Positions 50,364 through 61,348 of a stretch of DNA of 64,000 bases are shown in pieces. The translations under genes were made by a program, and so were the position numbers. This DNA is from an uncultured Verrucomicrobiae bacterium (GTDB lineage: Bacteria > Verrucomicrobiota > Verrucomicrobiia > Chthoniobacterales > JAFAMB01), in contig CAWJVG010000018.1 of NCBI GenBank assembly GCA_963846195.1, positions 42,189 through 106,188 of the forward strand. Reading direction: 5' to 3'. The notes beneath the pieces are model-generated. The model was not told the DNA's origin and searched no databases. It saw only the letters and a list, made by a program, of their open reading frames with translations. Position 1 is the first letter of the stretch. Each line of letters starts with the position of its first letter.

Positions 50364-50619
50364 AGAACTCAGGAGTCAGGAGTCAGAAATCAGAACTCAG
50401 GAGTCAGGAGTTGCAGGAGTTGCGGAATGTGCGGATACCTGTTTGCCAATCTTGGGGAGTTCTTCCCTTTGAATCAGCAATCGGTTCATCAATGCTTCCG
50501 CGTTCGCCGATACGCCGACCCGCTCTGCTCTGATCTCCTGATCTCCTGATCTCCTGATCTCCTGATCTCCTGAATCTCCTGATCTCCTGATCTCCTGCAA
50601 CTCCTGACTCCTGAGTTCT
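50364..50619. repeat. hairpin element with 28-bp IR and TGATCTCC tandem array
   Basis: AGAACTCAGGAGTCAGGAGTTGCAGGAG (50392-50419) is the reverse complement of 50592-50619; seven exact TGATCTCC plus one variant at 50531-50595. Confidence 0.88.
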
Positions 50620-50674
50620 AAGTTCTTCCACATGCTTGCAGAGCTCGATGCCATATGCCAGTTTCAGGGTCCAA

Positions 50675-51193
50675 ATGATCTTTCGCGCGCTGTTAGTCTA
50701 CGTTCTTTCGTTCCTTTGCTTCGGAATACATTTCGAGGCTGCCGCTGCAGAATTCCAGGGAGTTCCATTGCCGGAAAATACCAGTGTGGTGCTGGCGGTC
50801 GCCGCCGAAGGTGTGCAGATCTACGAAAGCAAGCCGAATTCCGCCGGAGCGTACCAATGGGTCCTTAAGGCGCCAGAGGCTGAGCTGAAGAGCTTGACCA
50901 GTGAAGTGCTCGGAAAGCACTATGGGGGGCCGAGCTGGGCGCTGAACGACGGAAGCCAATTCGTCGGTAGCTTGCCCCCTCTGAAGGCGATAAGCGCTCC
51001 GGACGCAGGGAACATTCCCTGGCTATTGCTGGCTGCCAAATCCAAGTCTGAAACAGGTTTTCTGAGCCACATCGACTTTGTGGCCCGAGTCGCGACATCC
51101 GGTGGCGTCGCTCCCGCGGAGGCGCCGAAAAGTCCAACGGACACCGCCAGGGTAAATTATCGGGCGATCTACCTTTTTCTGCAAAAACAGTAG
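50675..51193 (+). CDS. DUF3455 domain exported protein
   Basis: Signal peptide, AEGVQIY, APEAEL, GKHYGGPSW, IPWLLL, TSGGVAP. Confidence 0.85.
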   Translation: MIFRALLVYVLSFLCFGIHFEAAAAEFQGVPLPENTSVVLAVAAEGVQIYESKPNSAGAYQWVLKAPEAELKSLTSEVLGKHYGGPSWALNDGSQFVGSLPPLKAISAPDAGNIPWLLLAAKSKSETGFLSHIDFVARVATSGGVAPAEAPKSPTDTARVNYRAIYLFLQKQ

Positions 51194-51219
51194 TCGCCGG
51201 CGTCTTAAAATTTCAACGG

Positions 51220-52479
51220 TTACACCTTGACTCGCTCAATTTGCGCGCCGAGTTCGCCGAGCTTTTCATCGATCATTTCGTACCCGCGATCGATATGGTA
51301 AACACGATTGATTTCGGTCGTTCCGTCGGCCAGTAACCCCGCAAGAACCAACGCGGCCGATGCCCGAAGATCGCTCGCCATCACCGGCGCTCCGCTCAGG
51401 GTTTCGACGCCCTGGATTCTTGCCGTAGCTCCGTCCAGTTCGATGGCTGCACCCATCCGTTTCAACTCTGAAACGTGCATGAAACGCTGTGGAAAGATGT
51501 TCTCCTTGACCGAACTCTCTCCAGCGACTGTCGAGAGCAGGGCACACATCTGCGCCTGCATATCAGTCGGGAAACCTGGGTACGGCTGGGTCTTCAAACT
51601 CAGCGGTTTAGTGGTTCCATTGGGGCGAATGATCAGCGAACCATTGGTTCCACCCACACGAAAGCCGCAAGTTTGCAACGCGTCGGTCACCGCAGTCAAG
51701 TGATCGGCTCTCACCCGGTTGACGGTAATCGCCTTGCCTGCAATTGCGCCGGCAATGAGAAAAGTTCCCGCCTCAATTCGATCCGGGATGACCTCATGTT
51801 CCGCGCCTTGCAATTCCTTGACTCCTTCAATCACGATTCGGGCGGTCCCAGCGCCTTCTATTTTTGCACCCATCTTGTTGAGAAAATTCGCCAGGTCAAC
51901 CACTTCAGGCTCACAAGCGGCATCCTCGATAATCGTTAGGCCATCGGCAAGAACGGCAGCCATCATGATGTTATCGGTTCCCAGCACGGTCGTACCAAAT
52001 TTCCCTTTGAGTGAGATTGTCGCTCCGTGAAGAGAAGGGGCAAAGACTTTGACATTGCCCGCATGGACACGCACGGCGGCGCCCAGCGCCTGAAACCCGC
52101 GCAGATGCAGATCGATCGGCCGATCTCCAATGACGCAACCCCCAGGCAGCGAAACGGTGGCCTCTTTTTCCCGACCAAGGAGCGGTCCCAGCACACAAAC
52201 CGACGCCCTCATCTTTCGAACAATTTCGTAGGGCGCCACACTGTCCACGTTTTCGGCTTTCACCGTCACAGTCCCGCTCGCCCGCTCCACATCTGCGCCC
52301 AGATGCGCCAGAATCTGTAGCATGTAATGGACATCGCTCAGGTCCGGCACACGCTGGATCACGCACTGCTCTCTGGTTAGCAGCGTTGCGGCAAGAATCG
52401 GCAAAGCCGAATTCTTCGATCCACTGATTTTGACTGATCCCGTCAAAGGATACCCACCACGAATGATGATTTTATCCAT
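51220..52479 (-). CDS. murA: UDP-N-acetylglucosamine 1-carboxyvinyltransferase
   Basis: [41 protein letters not shown]. Confidence 0.98.
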   Translation of the reverse strand: MDKIIIRGGYPLTGSVKISGSKNSALPILAATLLTREQCVIQRVPDLSDVHYMLQILAHLGADVERASGTVTVKAENVDSVAPYEIVRKMRASVCVLGPLLGREKEATVSLPGGCVIGDRPIDLHLRGFQALGAAVRVHAGNVKVFAPSLHGATISLKGKFGTTVLGTDNIMMAAVLADGLTIIEDAACEPEVVDLANFLNKMGAKIEGAGTARIVIEGVKELQGAEHEVIPDRIEAGTFLIAGAIAGKAITVNRVRADHLTAVTDALQTCGFRVGGTNGSLIIRPNGTTKPLSLKTQPYPGFPTDMQAQMCALLSTVAGESSVKENIFPQRFMHVSELKRMGAAIELDGATARIQGVETLSGAPVMASDLRASAALVLAGLLADGTTEINRVYHIDRGYEMIDEKLGELGAQIERVKV

Positions 52480-53317
52480 GCCTTGCGATGAGAAGCCGTT
52501 CGACTCCTTGGTAATCCTTCTTGATGGAGATGTCGCGATAATTCTGGCTGGCCATAAAACCCGATAGCTGTTGGGCCTGGCCTTGCCCGAGCTCAAGGGC
52601 GATCAAACCATTGGACGCGATCTTGCCAGGAACTGATTCAATCAGCCTTTTGATAATCGTCAACCCATCTTTGCCGCCGTCCAAGGCAAGCGGCGGATCG
52701 TACTTTACCTCGCGTTGCAGTTCGCGAAGGTCTGCCGTGGGGATGTAGGGAAGATTCGCCACGATCCAATGAAATGGACCTTCGGTGTGCTCGAGCAGGT
52801 CCGAGCAGTGGAATGCGATCCGGTCCGAGACTCCCAAGCTTTCCGCGTTCTCTTGAGCCAATGCTAGCGCATCCTTCGAGAGATCAACCGCCGAGACCTC
52901 GAGTTCCGGACGTTCCAAGGCAAATGTAATCGCCAGGACGCCGCTCCCGGTGCCGACGTCCAAAAGGCGTTTGGCAGACTCCCCGCAGATCGCGAACTCC
53001 CTGAGCATTGTTTCGACCAGGAGTTCCGTTTCAGGCCGGGGAATAAGCGCGCGACGATCGGTCTTGAACGTGCGTCCAAAGAAATCCCAGTGTCCAAGGA
53101 GATGTTGCAAAGGTTCGCCTTCCGCTCGTCTCCTTACCTTATCACGCAAGGGCTCCAGTTCTTGCTCGGACAGGGATCGATCAAACTCAAGGTAGAGTTC
53201 GATTCGCTTCTTCCGGAGAGTGTCTGCGAGAAGATGCTCAATGCTCAGCCGAGGCTGTTCGACCCCTTTTTTTCCAAAGTAGGCTGTCGTGGCTTGCAAG
53301 AGCTCAAGAACGGTCAT
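52472..53317 (-). CDS. prmC: release factor glutamine methyltransferase
   Basis: GEPLQH, LIPRPETE, DVGTGSG, NLPY. Confidence 0.96.
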   Translation of the reverse strand: MTVLELLQATTAYFGKKGVEQPRLSIEHLLADTLRKKRIELYLEFDRSLSEQELEPLRDKVRRRAEGEPLQHLLGHWDFFGRTFKTDRRALIPRPETELLVETMLREFAICGESAKRLLDVGTGSGVLAITFALERPELEVSAVDLSKDALALAQENAESLGVSDRIAFHCSDLLEHTEGPFHWIVANLPYIPTADLRELQREVKYDPPLALDGGKDGLTIIKRLIESVPGKIASNGLIALELGQGQAQQLSGFMASQNYRDISIKKDYQGVERLLIARHG

Positions 53318-53441
53318 GAGGAAGTTGTCAGTGCCAGTGTCACTTGGGGAGGCAGCGCAGATCTCTCTTCTTTAACGATCAACACGGACTCGAGGGAAGC
53401 TGTGCACAAGGAGAGCGTTGCCATTCCACTGTTCAGCAAGA

Positions 53442-54557
53442 TTAGCTAGAACCGTTCGGACTGACACTGGCACTGGCGACTGCACCTAGTCCGGCTTCTT
53501 TCAGCCGTTGCTCCATGTCGCTTGCCTGCAACGCATTTACCATCTCGTCAAGCTGGCCTTCCATAAAAAGATCCAGATTGTAGAGGGTCAGACCGATCCG
53601 ATGATCGGTGACGCGGTTTTGAGGAAAATTATAGGTCCGAATCTTTTCCTCTCTTCCTCCGGACCCGATCAAGCTGCGCCGGTGTGCCGAATACTTTTCC
53701 GCTTCCTCCAGCTGTTTTTCCTCGAGTAGCCGGGAGCGAAGGATGGCGAGAGCTTTCTCTTTGTTCTTTTGCTGGCTTCGACCATCCTGGCATCGGACAA
53801 TTTTGCCCGTCGGGATATGCAGGACCTGGACCGCGGAATCCGTCGTATTGACGCCCTGGCCGCCGGGTCCGCCAGCACGGCTCACTTCTATCCGAATATC
53901 TTCGGGCCGGATTTCGATATCGATATCCTCGGCTTCTGGAAGGACAGCCACTGTCGCGGTCGAGGTGTGGATCCGCCCTTGCGCTTCAGTCAACGGAACA
54001 CGCTGCACGCGATGAACACCACTTTCGTATCGCAAAACCCGAAAGACGGACTGCCCGCTCACTTTGAAAATCATTTCCTTGAAGCCGCCCAGCTCAGACC
54101 CGCTTCCTTCCAACTCCTCGATCTTGAAACCGTGCGCTTCGGCATATCTGGAGTACATCCGGTAGAGGTCCGCGGCGAAAAGACCCGCCTCATTTCCACC
54201 GGTCCCAGCTCGGATTTCCATGATCGCATCGCGATCCTCATGCGGCTCGGGCGGGAGAAGCGCGTATTGCACCGATCGCGAAAGCTTTTCAACACGGTCT
54301 TCCAGAAGCGGAATTTCGGCCTGAGCCAATTCTGCAAATTCTGCATCGGGTCCGGCAGCCATTACCCGGTTTTCTTCCAGTTCACGGACGGTTTTTTCCA
54401 GGCGATGCCAATCTTCGAGAAGTGACTTCAGACTTGAATGTTCACGCAAGACATCCCTCGCCCGCTTTGGATTCTCAAAGAGTGATGAGGACTCGACCTG
54501 CTTTTCGAGCTCGTGAAATCGTCCCCGCTTCTGATCAATTAGTGGTCCAAAGTCCAT
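53442..54557 (-). CDS. prfA: peptide chain release factor 1
   Basis: ESGVHRVQRVPLTE (PxT), GGQ, IRTYNFPQ. Confidence 0.98.
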   Translation of the reverse strand: MDFGPLIDQKRGRFHELEKQVESSSLFENPKRARDVLREHSSLKSLLEDWHRLEKTVRELEENRVMAAGPDAEFAELAQAEIPLLEDRVEKLSRSVQYALLPPEPHEDRDAIMEIRAGTGGNEAGLFAADLYRMYSRYAEAHGFKIEELEGSGSELGGFKEMIFKVSGQSVFRVLRYESGVHRVQRVPLTEAQGRIHTSTATVAVLPEAEDIDIEIRPEDIRIEVSRAGGPGGQGVNTTDSAVQVLHIPTGKIVRCQDGRSQQKNKEKALAILRSRLLEEKQLEEAEKYSAHRRSLIGSGGREEKIRTYNFPQNRVTDHRIGLTLYNLDLFMEGQLDEMVNALQASDMEQRLKEAGLGAVASASVSPNGSS

Positions 54558-54621
54558 AAAATGGCAAAACGGTGAAAGCGCAACAAGCGCTTCTCACCGT
54601 TCAAAACCCAGATCCAAAAAC

Positions 54622-54846
54622 CTACTTCGACTTGCCCTTAGCGACCAAAGTCTTACCGTAACGTCGGGCGAATTTCTCGACGCGGCCGGCTGTGTCGACG
54701 AATTTCTGTTCACCAGTGAAAAAGGGATGGCACGCGGCGCATATACCAATCTTAATATCGCGACGAGTCGACCGGGTGCGGTAGACGGCGCCACAAGCGC
54801 AAGCAATGGTCGTCTCTACGTAATTTGGATGGATATCAGCCTTCAT
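54622..54846 (-). CDS. rpmE: 50S ribosomal protein L31 (Zn-binding form)
   Basis: [32 protein letters not shown]. Confidence 0.97.
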   Translation of the reverse strand: MKADIHPNYVETTIACACGAVYRTRSTRRDIKIGICAACHPFFTGEQKFVDTAGRVEKFARRYGKTLVAKGKSK

Positions 54847-54890
54847 GTCATTGAAAAGTAAAAAGGATTGAAAGCTACCACACTGTTCGG

Positions 54891-56288
54891 ATGACGCAAG
54901 TGGAACAAAGGCTCTTCGAGAGCACCTGGCGGAAGGTCTTAGCGAACAGAAGTCGGGAGACAGCGATCTTTTCAGACAGCTCCGCGATATTGCGGACGTT
55001 TCAGGAAATCGAAGACGAACGCGTCCTCTGGCGGAACCGTTTATCGACGTTTTCACGCGGCGATTGCATTGTTGCGGCAATTGGGAATGACCCGACTTGG
55101 CCTGCGTTTCTCCTGGCATGCTGGGACAAATCACTCGTGGTCGCGCCGATCGAGCCGACCCTCCAGGCGGACCAGCTCGATCGGATCTTCGAGCTAACCC
55201 AGGCCCAAGGATTCGTGCAGACAATTGAGATCGAGCATTTCAATCGTTCGCCCATTCGCTGGGACAGCCCAAAACCAGATCTCCTGAAAATCACTTCCGG
55301 CACGACCGGAGCACCAAGAGCCGTGCGATTCCGCGAATCGCAACTACTCGCCGACTGCCGAAACATCTGTCAAACGATGGGAATTCAACCCAACGACTTG
55401 AATTTCGGAGTCATACCGTTTTCCCATTCTTACGGATTCAGCAATCTCATCGCTCCCCTTCTCTATCAGGGAACGGGCCTGGTTTGTTCCAACGATCGAA
55501 TGCCGCGAGCAGTCTATCACCACCTGCAGAGCTGCGGCGCAACGGTCTTTCCCGGAACGCCGGCCCTTTTTCAGGCGCTTGGCGCCCTTCCTGACGTCGG
55601 CGAATTCGCCAGTATTCGCCTTTGCGTTTCGGCAGGCGCTCCGTTGACGCTCACGATTTCCCGCCAATTCCACGGCAGATTCGGACTGAAGATCCACAGC
55701 TTTTATGGATCCTCGGAATGTGGCGGCATCGCTTACGATCGCAGTGAGGATCCCGAAAGCCCCAGCGGTTTTGTCGGCACTCCGATGAACGGAGTGGAAG
55801 TGACCAGAATTGACGACGATCGGATTGCCATTCGCGGTCCGAACGTGGCCGATGGTTACTTCCCGGCTTCAGACAACCACCTGCTGGACGGGGTACAATT
55901 TGTCCCAGGAGATATCATCGAATGGACAAATCGGGGTCTGCAGCTCGTCGGTCGCGTTTCAGATTTCGTCAACATCGCCGGAAAGAAGGTCCACCCAGCA
56001 ATCATCGAAGAACATCTGCGTAAACTTCCAGACGTTGTCGATGCCATCGTCTTTGGAATTCCGTCCGCAAATCGAAATGAAGAATTGGTCGCTTATGTGG
56101 TAGCCTCAACCGCTGTTTCCCGGCAAATGCTGGAAAGCCATTGTCGCGAAGGCCTCAGCAGCTGGCAGGTTCCTCGAGAATTCCAGTTAGTGGCCCAGCT
56201 TCCGTTTAACCAACGCGGTAAGATCAATCGATCCGAGCTTTCGAGGTTGCATATCGAGTCCCGCTCAGAAAAAGTTAGGTCGCCCTGA
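54891..56288 (+). CDS. AMP-binding (acyl-CoA synthetase-like) enzyme
   Basis: [35 protein letters not shown]. Confidence 0.92.
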   Translation: MTQVEQRLFESTWRKVLANRSRETAIFSDSSAILRTFQEIEDERVLWRNRLSTFSRGDCIVAAIGNDPTWPAFLLACWDKSLVVAPIEPTLQADQLDRIFELTQAQGFVQTIEIEHFNRSPIRWDSPKPDLLKITSGTTGAPRAVRFRESQLLADCRNICQTMGIQPNDLNFGVIPFSHSYGFSNLIAPLLYQGTGLVCSNDRMPRAVYHHLQSCGATVFPGTPALFQALGALPDVGEFASIRLCVSAGAPLTLTISRQFHGRFGLKIHSFYGSSECGGIAYDRSEDPESPSGFVGTPMNGVEVTRIDDDRIAIRGPNVADGYFPASDNHLLDGVQFVPGDIIEWTNRGLQLVGRVSDFVNIAGKKVHPAIIEEHLRKLPDVVDAIVFGIPSANRNEELVAYVVASTAVSRQMLESHCREGLSSWQVPREFQLVAQLPFNQRGKINRSELSRLHIESRSEKVRSP

Positions 56289-56318
56289 ATCGGCGAAAGC
56301 TCGCATTGACCAATCCAG

Positions 56319-56605
56319 TGCACCAAGTCAGTGACCGGTGTAGTGGCGCTGCTGCGTATTTTGGCTGGATGCGCGAAGCGAAGAGGGAGAATACCCGCTG
56401 TGGTCTTTGACCGATGAGCGACAAAGCAGCCGGTCAAAAGACGCGCAGCCCGGAGGGTTGCGATGAAAATGGGCCGGCGGCCGCGTTGCTCCTCAGTCAC
56501 GTATCGATTCAGATATGCTCCTTCTACCGCCAGTCCGGCTCGGACCGCCTTGCCGGCGGCCCATTTTGATCGCAACGCCACTACACCAGTCACTGACTTG
56601 GTGCA
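56319..56605. mobile_element. MITE-like element with about 34-bp terminal inverted repeats (TIRs)
   Basis: TGCACCAAGTCAGTGACCGGTGTAGTGGCGCTGC ... GCAACGCCACTACACCAGTCACTGACTTGGTGCA, flanked on both sides by TCCAG, followed by another TIR copy at 56611-56633. Confidence 0.7.
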
Positions 56606-56669
56606 TCCAGTGCACCAAGTCAGTGACTGGTGTCCTGTCCCCGAAATAGAAGGCATATTTCCGGAGGAT

Positions 56670-57392
56670 TCACAGGCTGGTGAGATCTCGGAACTGCTGA
56701 CTTCTTCTTCGGGAAATTTCGACCTCGGAACCCGAGCGCAGTTTTATCCGTAGACCGCGACTGAACCAGGGTTGGATGCTCTGGACCCAGCGAAGATTGA
56801 CAATCTGGCTCCGATTGGCACGGAAAAAGACCTTCGGATCTAGTCTGATCTCGAGTGCGTTGAGCGACCGGGCCACCAGAGCGCGCTCCCCTTTGAAGTG
56901 GATCCGCGTATAATTCCCCTCCGACTCAAGCAACTGAATGTCCGAAAGTTGCACCATCCAGCAATTCTCGCCGTCTCGAACAAAGACCTGATCCGCTTCA
57001 CGCAGGAGTTCTCCCGGCGCGGCGCTACCTGGCGCTCGGACGCTTTCGCGATCGCTCATTCGACTCAGGCTGGCAGCGAGTCGCACGGGCTCGATGGGCT
57101 TCAACAGATAATCGTGTGCTCCAAATTCAAATGCCTTTAGCGCGAACTGGTCGAAGGCCGTAGTAAAGATAACCGCTGGAAAAGAATCCAATTTCATCAG
57201 GAAATCGAATCCACTTTCACCTGGCATCTGGACATCCAGGAAAATCAGATCAGGCTGCAATTCCGTTAACAGCGCGCGGGCCTCGCCGGCATTGGCTGCT
57301 TCTCCTACGACGTCCACTTGTGGGTGGTGCGACAATAATCCCCTGAGCTCCCTTCGAGCCAGACGTTCATCATCTACCAGAATTGCTCTCAT
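56670..57392 (-). CDS. LytR/AlgR family response regulator
   Basis: LVDDE, FLDVQMP, FTTAF, LLKP, FFRANRSQIVN. Confidence 0.95.
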   Translation of the reverse strand: MRAILVDDERLARRELRGLLSHHPQVDVVGEAANAGEARALLTELQPDLIFLDVQMPGESGFDFLMKLDSFPAVIFTTAFDQFALKAFEFGAHDYLLKPIEPVRLAASLSRMSDRESVRAPGSAAPGELLREADQVFVRDGENCWMVQLSDIQLLESEGNYTRIHFKGERALVARSLNALEIRLDPKVFFRANRSQIVNLRWVQSIQPWFSRGLRIKLRSGSEVEISRRRSQQFRDLTSL

Positions 57393-58543
57393 GATGCGGG
57401 AGAAACCCCGACGGACAAGGGTTGCCCGTTCGGAACAAAAACTGCCACCTGCACAAGTCCCGGAGTCTCCTCGGCAATCTCGAGCTCCGCGCCACGTCCG
57501 AACAGGCGAAGGAGCCGCTCTCGAGCGTTGCGAAGCCCTGTGCCGGTCGACTGCGACTCCGTCGGACCGAGATGTCCGGTGTTGTCCACCCGAATGCAAA
57601 GACGGTCGTCAACAGGGTCGATTGCCGCGGAAATCGAGAGTTCAACAGACCCGGGATTCTGTGAAACCCCATATTTCACCGCGTTTTCCACCAGCGTCTG
57701 CAAAAGCATCGGAGGAATCGGCCGTTCGAGCGTTTCAGGCTGGATTTTCTTGGTGACCGTCAGCCGATCTTCGAAGCGGAGCAACTCGAGTTCGAGGTAA
57801 TCCATCACAAAATTCAATTCGGTTCCAAATGGAACGGTGGCATCGGAGTCCTTTGACAACGAGTAGCGCAGGATCGAAGCGAGCCTGGTGACGGCATCTC
57901 TGGCTCGCGCTGGGTTTTCGTCGATCAGCGCGCGCAGACTGTTCAATGCATTGAACAGGAAATGTGGGTTCACCTGGGCGCGCAAGGCGTCAAGTCGGGC
58001 TCGCGAAAGGGCTGCCGCAAGTCGCCAACTCTCTTTTTCGGCGCGCCGGCGCTCTTCGAGAAAGTAATATCCAAGATAAACGCTGGACCAAAAACCGAAC
58101 GTCAAGAGGCCGAAGAAAAAATCAAACAGCAGTTCGAAAAGATGTTGGTTGATGTATCCGAATGTCGCTGGCCGCCCCACGAGAAAGGATTCCAGCGGCG
58201 CTTCCACGTAGCCGATCAGAATATGCAAAAGGGATAAGACGGGGGTCGCCGCGATCACACGCATGACAAGGGAACCGGGCGCCAAGCTCAGCCAGTCCTG
58301 CGCCAGGATGAACCAGCGGAACCAGTGAGATATTAAAAAACCGGCGGCGGCCAGCACCACGGCGCTCAGGAAATACCCTAGCGCATGGCCTTCAGTGATC
58401 CATCCGGATATTGTACAGAGAAGCGCGTACGCCAGCCAGCCCGCGGATTGACATATCCAGTATCCGAGCTGTGGCCTTGGTCTACCTGTTTGCATAGCAA
58501 CCGTCCAAACGCGATGGGCTGTCCTTATCCTCTGCTGAGGCAA
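57389..58543 (-). CDS. LytS-type sensor histidine kinase (start may be 58495)
   Basis: TM helices, AQVNPHFLFNALN, LQTLVENAVKYG, GTGLRN. Confidence 0.95.
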   Translation of the reverse strand: MPQQRIRTAHRVWTVAMQTGRPRPQLGYWICQSAGWLAYALLCTISGWITEGHALGYFLSAVVLAAAGFLISHWFRWFILAQDWLSLAPGSLVMRVIAATPVLSLLHILIGYVEAPLESFLVGRPATFGYINQHLFELLFDFFFGLLTFGFWSSVYLGYYFLEERRRAEKESWRLAAALSRARLDALRAQVNPHFLFNALNSLRALIDENPARARDAVTRLASILRYSLSKDSDATVPFGTELNFVMDYLELELLRFEDRLTVTKKIQPETLERPIPPMLLQTLVENAVKYGVSQNPGSVELSISAAIDPVDDRLCIRVDNTGHLGPTESQSTGTGLRNARERLLRLFGRGAELEIAEETPGLVQVAVFVPNGQPLSVGVSPAS

Positions 58544-59012
58544 TTCTATGCAGCAAATGACCGATAAATTTCAACTCGCTTTTCAACGTGACGATAAAAG
58601 CACGATGCAAAAACGAATTCGTATGAAGGATGAGCGGAGCCTGCAGGCAGTCGACAATCACGGTGCAGGTTTGCCGGGGCGAATGATTGGCTTCAGAGGC
58701 TGGCGAAACTGCAAACCAAATGATGGACCCAAAGACGACTATCGAAACCGCCCACGACGTGATCGACGTCTCCGGGCGCGCACGATCGTATTTCCTATCA
58801 TTTCTCCAAGATCCAGATTTCATCTCGATCGCATTTTGGCACATGATGCTTCGGGCGAATCAATAATTCTGACCAACGGGCCCAAGCACGTGCTCAGCGG
58901 GCATAGCGCACCAAGAACGGGGCAATTCAACAAACAGGGACGCGCATAGTAAACAGAGGTATCATGGAATGTCCTCTCGGTCGCATCAGCGTTCCTTCCG
59001 AGTAGTCCTAAA

Positions 59013-60044
59013 ATGACATTCACAATCTTGACCCCAGACGCCCAATACCCGGATGACGCCGTCGTGGAGCGGCAAGTTGCGGGAAAAGATGTCGAATTTT
59101 TTATTCACCGCACCCGTGACCCTGCCGCGATCCCGTTTGAACAACTGGCGGCATGTGACGCGCTCCTGGTCTGGCACGAGATGAAGATCGATTACGTATT
59201 GATCGACAAAGCAAAGAAGTGCCGTGTCATTGTCCGAGCTGGCGTCGGCTATAATCAAATCAACCTTGAAGATGCTGCTGCGGCAGGGATTCCGGTCTGT
59301 AACACCCCTGACTATGGCACCAGCGAGGTGGCCGATCACGCAATCGCGTTTTTGCTGTCGCTGGCGCGCGGCATTCCGGAATTCCAGGACGAGATGCGTC
59401 GCGACGTCCGGGCCCCATGGAAATACCCGGAGACCACGTGCATGCGGCGGATTCGCGGTACGACAATCGGCCTGGTCGGCCTCGGACGTATTGGAACAGC
59501 GACGGCCTTGAGAGCCAAGGCATTCGGACTGAATGTCGTCGCGTATGATCCTTATGTCTCAAGGGGAACGGAAATCGCCCTGGATGTGCGGCGCGTCGAA
59601 TCGCTTGAAGCGTTATTGCGCGTCAGCGATATTGTCAGCCTTCATTGTCCCCTGACGCCGGAAACCGAAGGCTTGATCAATGCCGCCGCCTTCGACGCTA
59701 TGAAGCGGGGGGTGCTGTTTGTCAACACCGCCCGAGGTCCAATTGTCGACAACGGCGCTTTGTATGAGGCGTTGCGGAACAACAAAGTGGCCGGGGCGGC
59801 TCTCGACGTGCTGCCGCGCGAACCGCCGTCGCCCGACGAACCGCTTATCCGCGAATTCCTGAACCAACCTGACTGGCTCAAGGGGCGGCTGCTGCTCACT
59901 CCTCACGGAGCCTGGAACAGCCCGGAAAGCCGTCATGATGCACGCAGGCTATCGACAGAGACGGTAATGGGTTATCTGACCGAAGGAAAATTGCGAAATC
60001 TCGTCAACGGCCATCTCCTCGATCGATCTCGCGTGCGCGCATGA
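59013..60044 (+). CDS. D-2-hydroxyacid dehydrogenase (CtBP-like)
   Basis: RAGVGY, EVADH, GLGRIG, NTARG, LDV..EP, TPH. Confidence 0.93.
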   Translation: MTFTILTPDAQYPDDAVVERQVAGKDVEFFIHRTRDPAAIPFEQLAACDALLVWHEMKIDYVLIDKAKKCRVIVRAGVGYNQINLEDAAAAGIPVCNTPDYGTSEVADHAIAFLLSLARGIPEFQDEMRRDVRAPWKYPETTCMRRIRGTTIGLVGLGRIGTATALRAKAFGLNVVAYDPYVSRGTEIALDVRRVESLEALLRVSDIVSLHCPLTPETEGLINAAAFDAMKRGVLFVNTARGPIVDNGALYEALRNNKVAGAALDVLPREPPSPDEPLIREFLNQPDWLKGRLLLTPHGAWNSPESRHDARRLSTETVMGYLTEGKLRNLVNGHLLDRSRVRA

Positions 60045-60542
60045 TTATTTCTCGGTCACACGAATATTGCTGAACGAGTAAGAAGCCGGATTTGCGGAAA
60101 GGCTCGAGAGCGTGAGCCGTCCTGGATTGACTGACTCTGTGGTGTGGAAGACCACGCTGCAATCTGTCCATTGATCGGATATTTGCAAGATTGTTCCCTC
60201 TGCAACGGACCCCTGATTTCCGTCCATCTTTTCAGGAACGACATAGATGAACTGGGAGGGCACAACTTTCGCCTGGAATTTCACTTCGTACGTTTTTCCG
60301 GGCTCGAAGTTAATATCTGGAGCTCGCAACTCGACGCTCCAGAATTCCGCACCGATCTTGGAGACCACCGCCGTTACTGCCGGTTGACCATCCGGCCCAT
60401 CGTTGCTGACGGCGGCATGGGCCTCAGCGCCTTGAATCGCCTCCAGATGGAAACGATCCACATCGATCTTGCTTTCCTGTGCATAGACAAACCCTGCGGA
60501 AAGCAAAAAAAGAGTCACCTGAAATACCACAAAAGGTCTCAT
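60045..60542 (-). CDS. exported CBM4/9-like carbohydrate-binding protein
   Basis: Signal peptide; WSVEL..FEPGKTYEVKFQAK..SNIRV. Confidence 0.7.
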   Translation of the reverse strand: MRPFVVFQVTLFLLSAGFVYAQESKIDVDRFHLEAIQGAEAHAAVSNDGPDGQPAVTAVVSKIGAEFWSVELRAPDINFEPGKTYEVKFQAKVVPSQFIYVVPEKMDGNQGSVAEGTILQISDQWTDCSVVFHTTESVNPGRLTLSSLSANPASYSFSNIRVTEK

Positions 60543-60576
60543 TGAAATTGCATTCTCGCTGGTCTTTGCTCGGGCT

Positions 60577-61329
60577 TCAACTCCCCAGCCAGACGGCCTG
60601 CCGGCAGACCGGAAAACGCCGATGCCCAAATCGCTGCCAACCAGCTGCCGATGCCAACCGGTGCAGCTCGGAAAACGAAAATGCTCGCCGGATCGAAAGG
60701 CGGGCATCAAATCGCGTCATCGGCGCCCGATAAATGCAGGAGGTCAGTAGGTAAATGCCGGCAATGCCGAAATCGCTCCTTTCCAAATCTGCAACCAGCA
60801 CCCCCCTTTGGGCCATGGACCGTGCCTGCCGCAGAAGCCTGATCGCGGAGTCATCCGCAAAATGGTGCAGCGCCAGCGAACAGAACACGAAATCAACGGA
60901 AGTTGAAGACGCGACCTTGAATACGTCGGAAGCGGCAAAAGTTATCTCGGGATAGTAACGTGAATATTCCTTCGCCAATTCGAGAGTCGCCGGCTGAGAA
61001 TCAAACGCTGTGATGCGTACGCTCACATGGTTGACGCGGCACCAATCGACCACGAAGCGGGGGATATCGCCAAACCCTGTACACAAGTCGATCGCGCTGA
61101 TGGAACTACCTGGAACAAACCAGCGGCGGAGGAAATGCCGAACGAGTTTGTAGCTTCCGAAGTATCGATTCAGTTGTTGAAGATTCTTCAGGTCAGCCAG
61201 CAACTCCGCCGATACGAGCTGCGGGCGATCCATCATTTCGATCGTCGCATCATCGAATTTGCGCACCGGGACGAGTATATTCATGCACCCAGAAGACTCT
61301 CGAGATGGATACGTGTTGGTATCGATCAC
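60577..61329 (-). CDS. SAM-dependent methyltransferase (start may be 61284)
   Basis: EMMD, LNRYFG, DLCTGFGD, SLALHHF, DARLSIRRAF. Confidence 0.88.
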   Translation of the reverse strand: MIDTNTYPSRESSGCMNILVPVRKFDDATIEMMDRPQLVSAELLADLKNLQQLNRYFGSYKLVRHFLRRWFVPGSSISAIDLCTGFGDIPRFVVDWCRVNHVSVRITAFDSQPATLELAKEYSRYYPEITFAASDVFKVASSTSVDFVFCSLALHHFADDSAIRLLRQARSMAQRGVLVADLERSDFGIAGIYLLTSCIYRAPMTRFDARLSIRRAFSFSELHRLASAAGWQRFGHRRFPVCRQAVWLGS

Positions 61330-61348
61330 GACCTACGCCGAAACGCCG

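Noticed and set aside
50397..50654. ORFs with QEIRRSGD repeats, or a CRISPR
   Set aside because: Translations of an intergenic octamer array with no spacers.
54847..55224. Extended L31 ORF
   Set aside because: Antisense to the AMP-binding gene; the true start is 54846.
58548..58640. LytTR direct-repeat boxes
   Set aside because: The CGATAAA repeats do not show the usual spacing; not supportable by eye.
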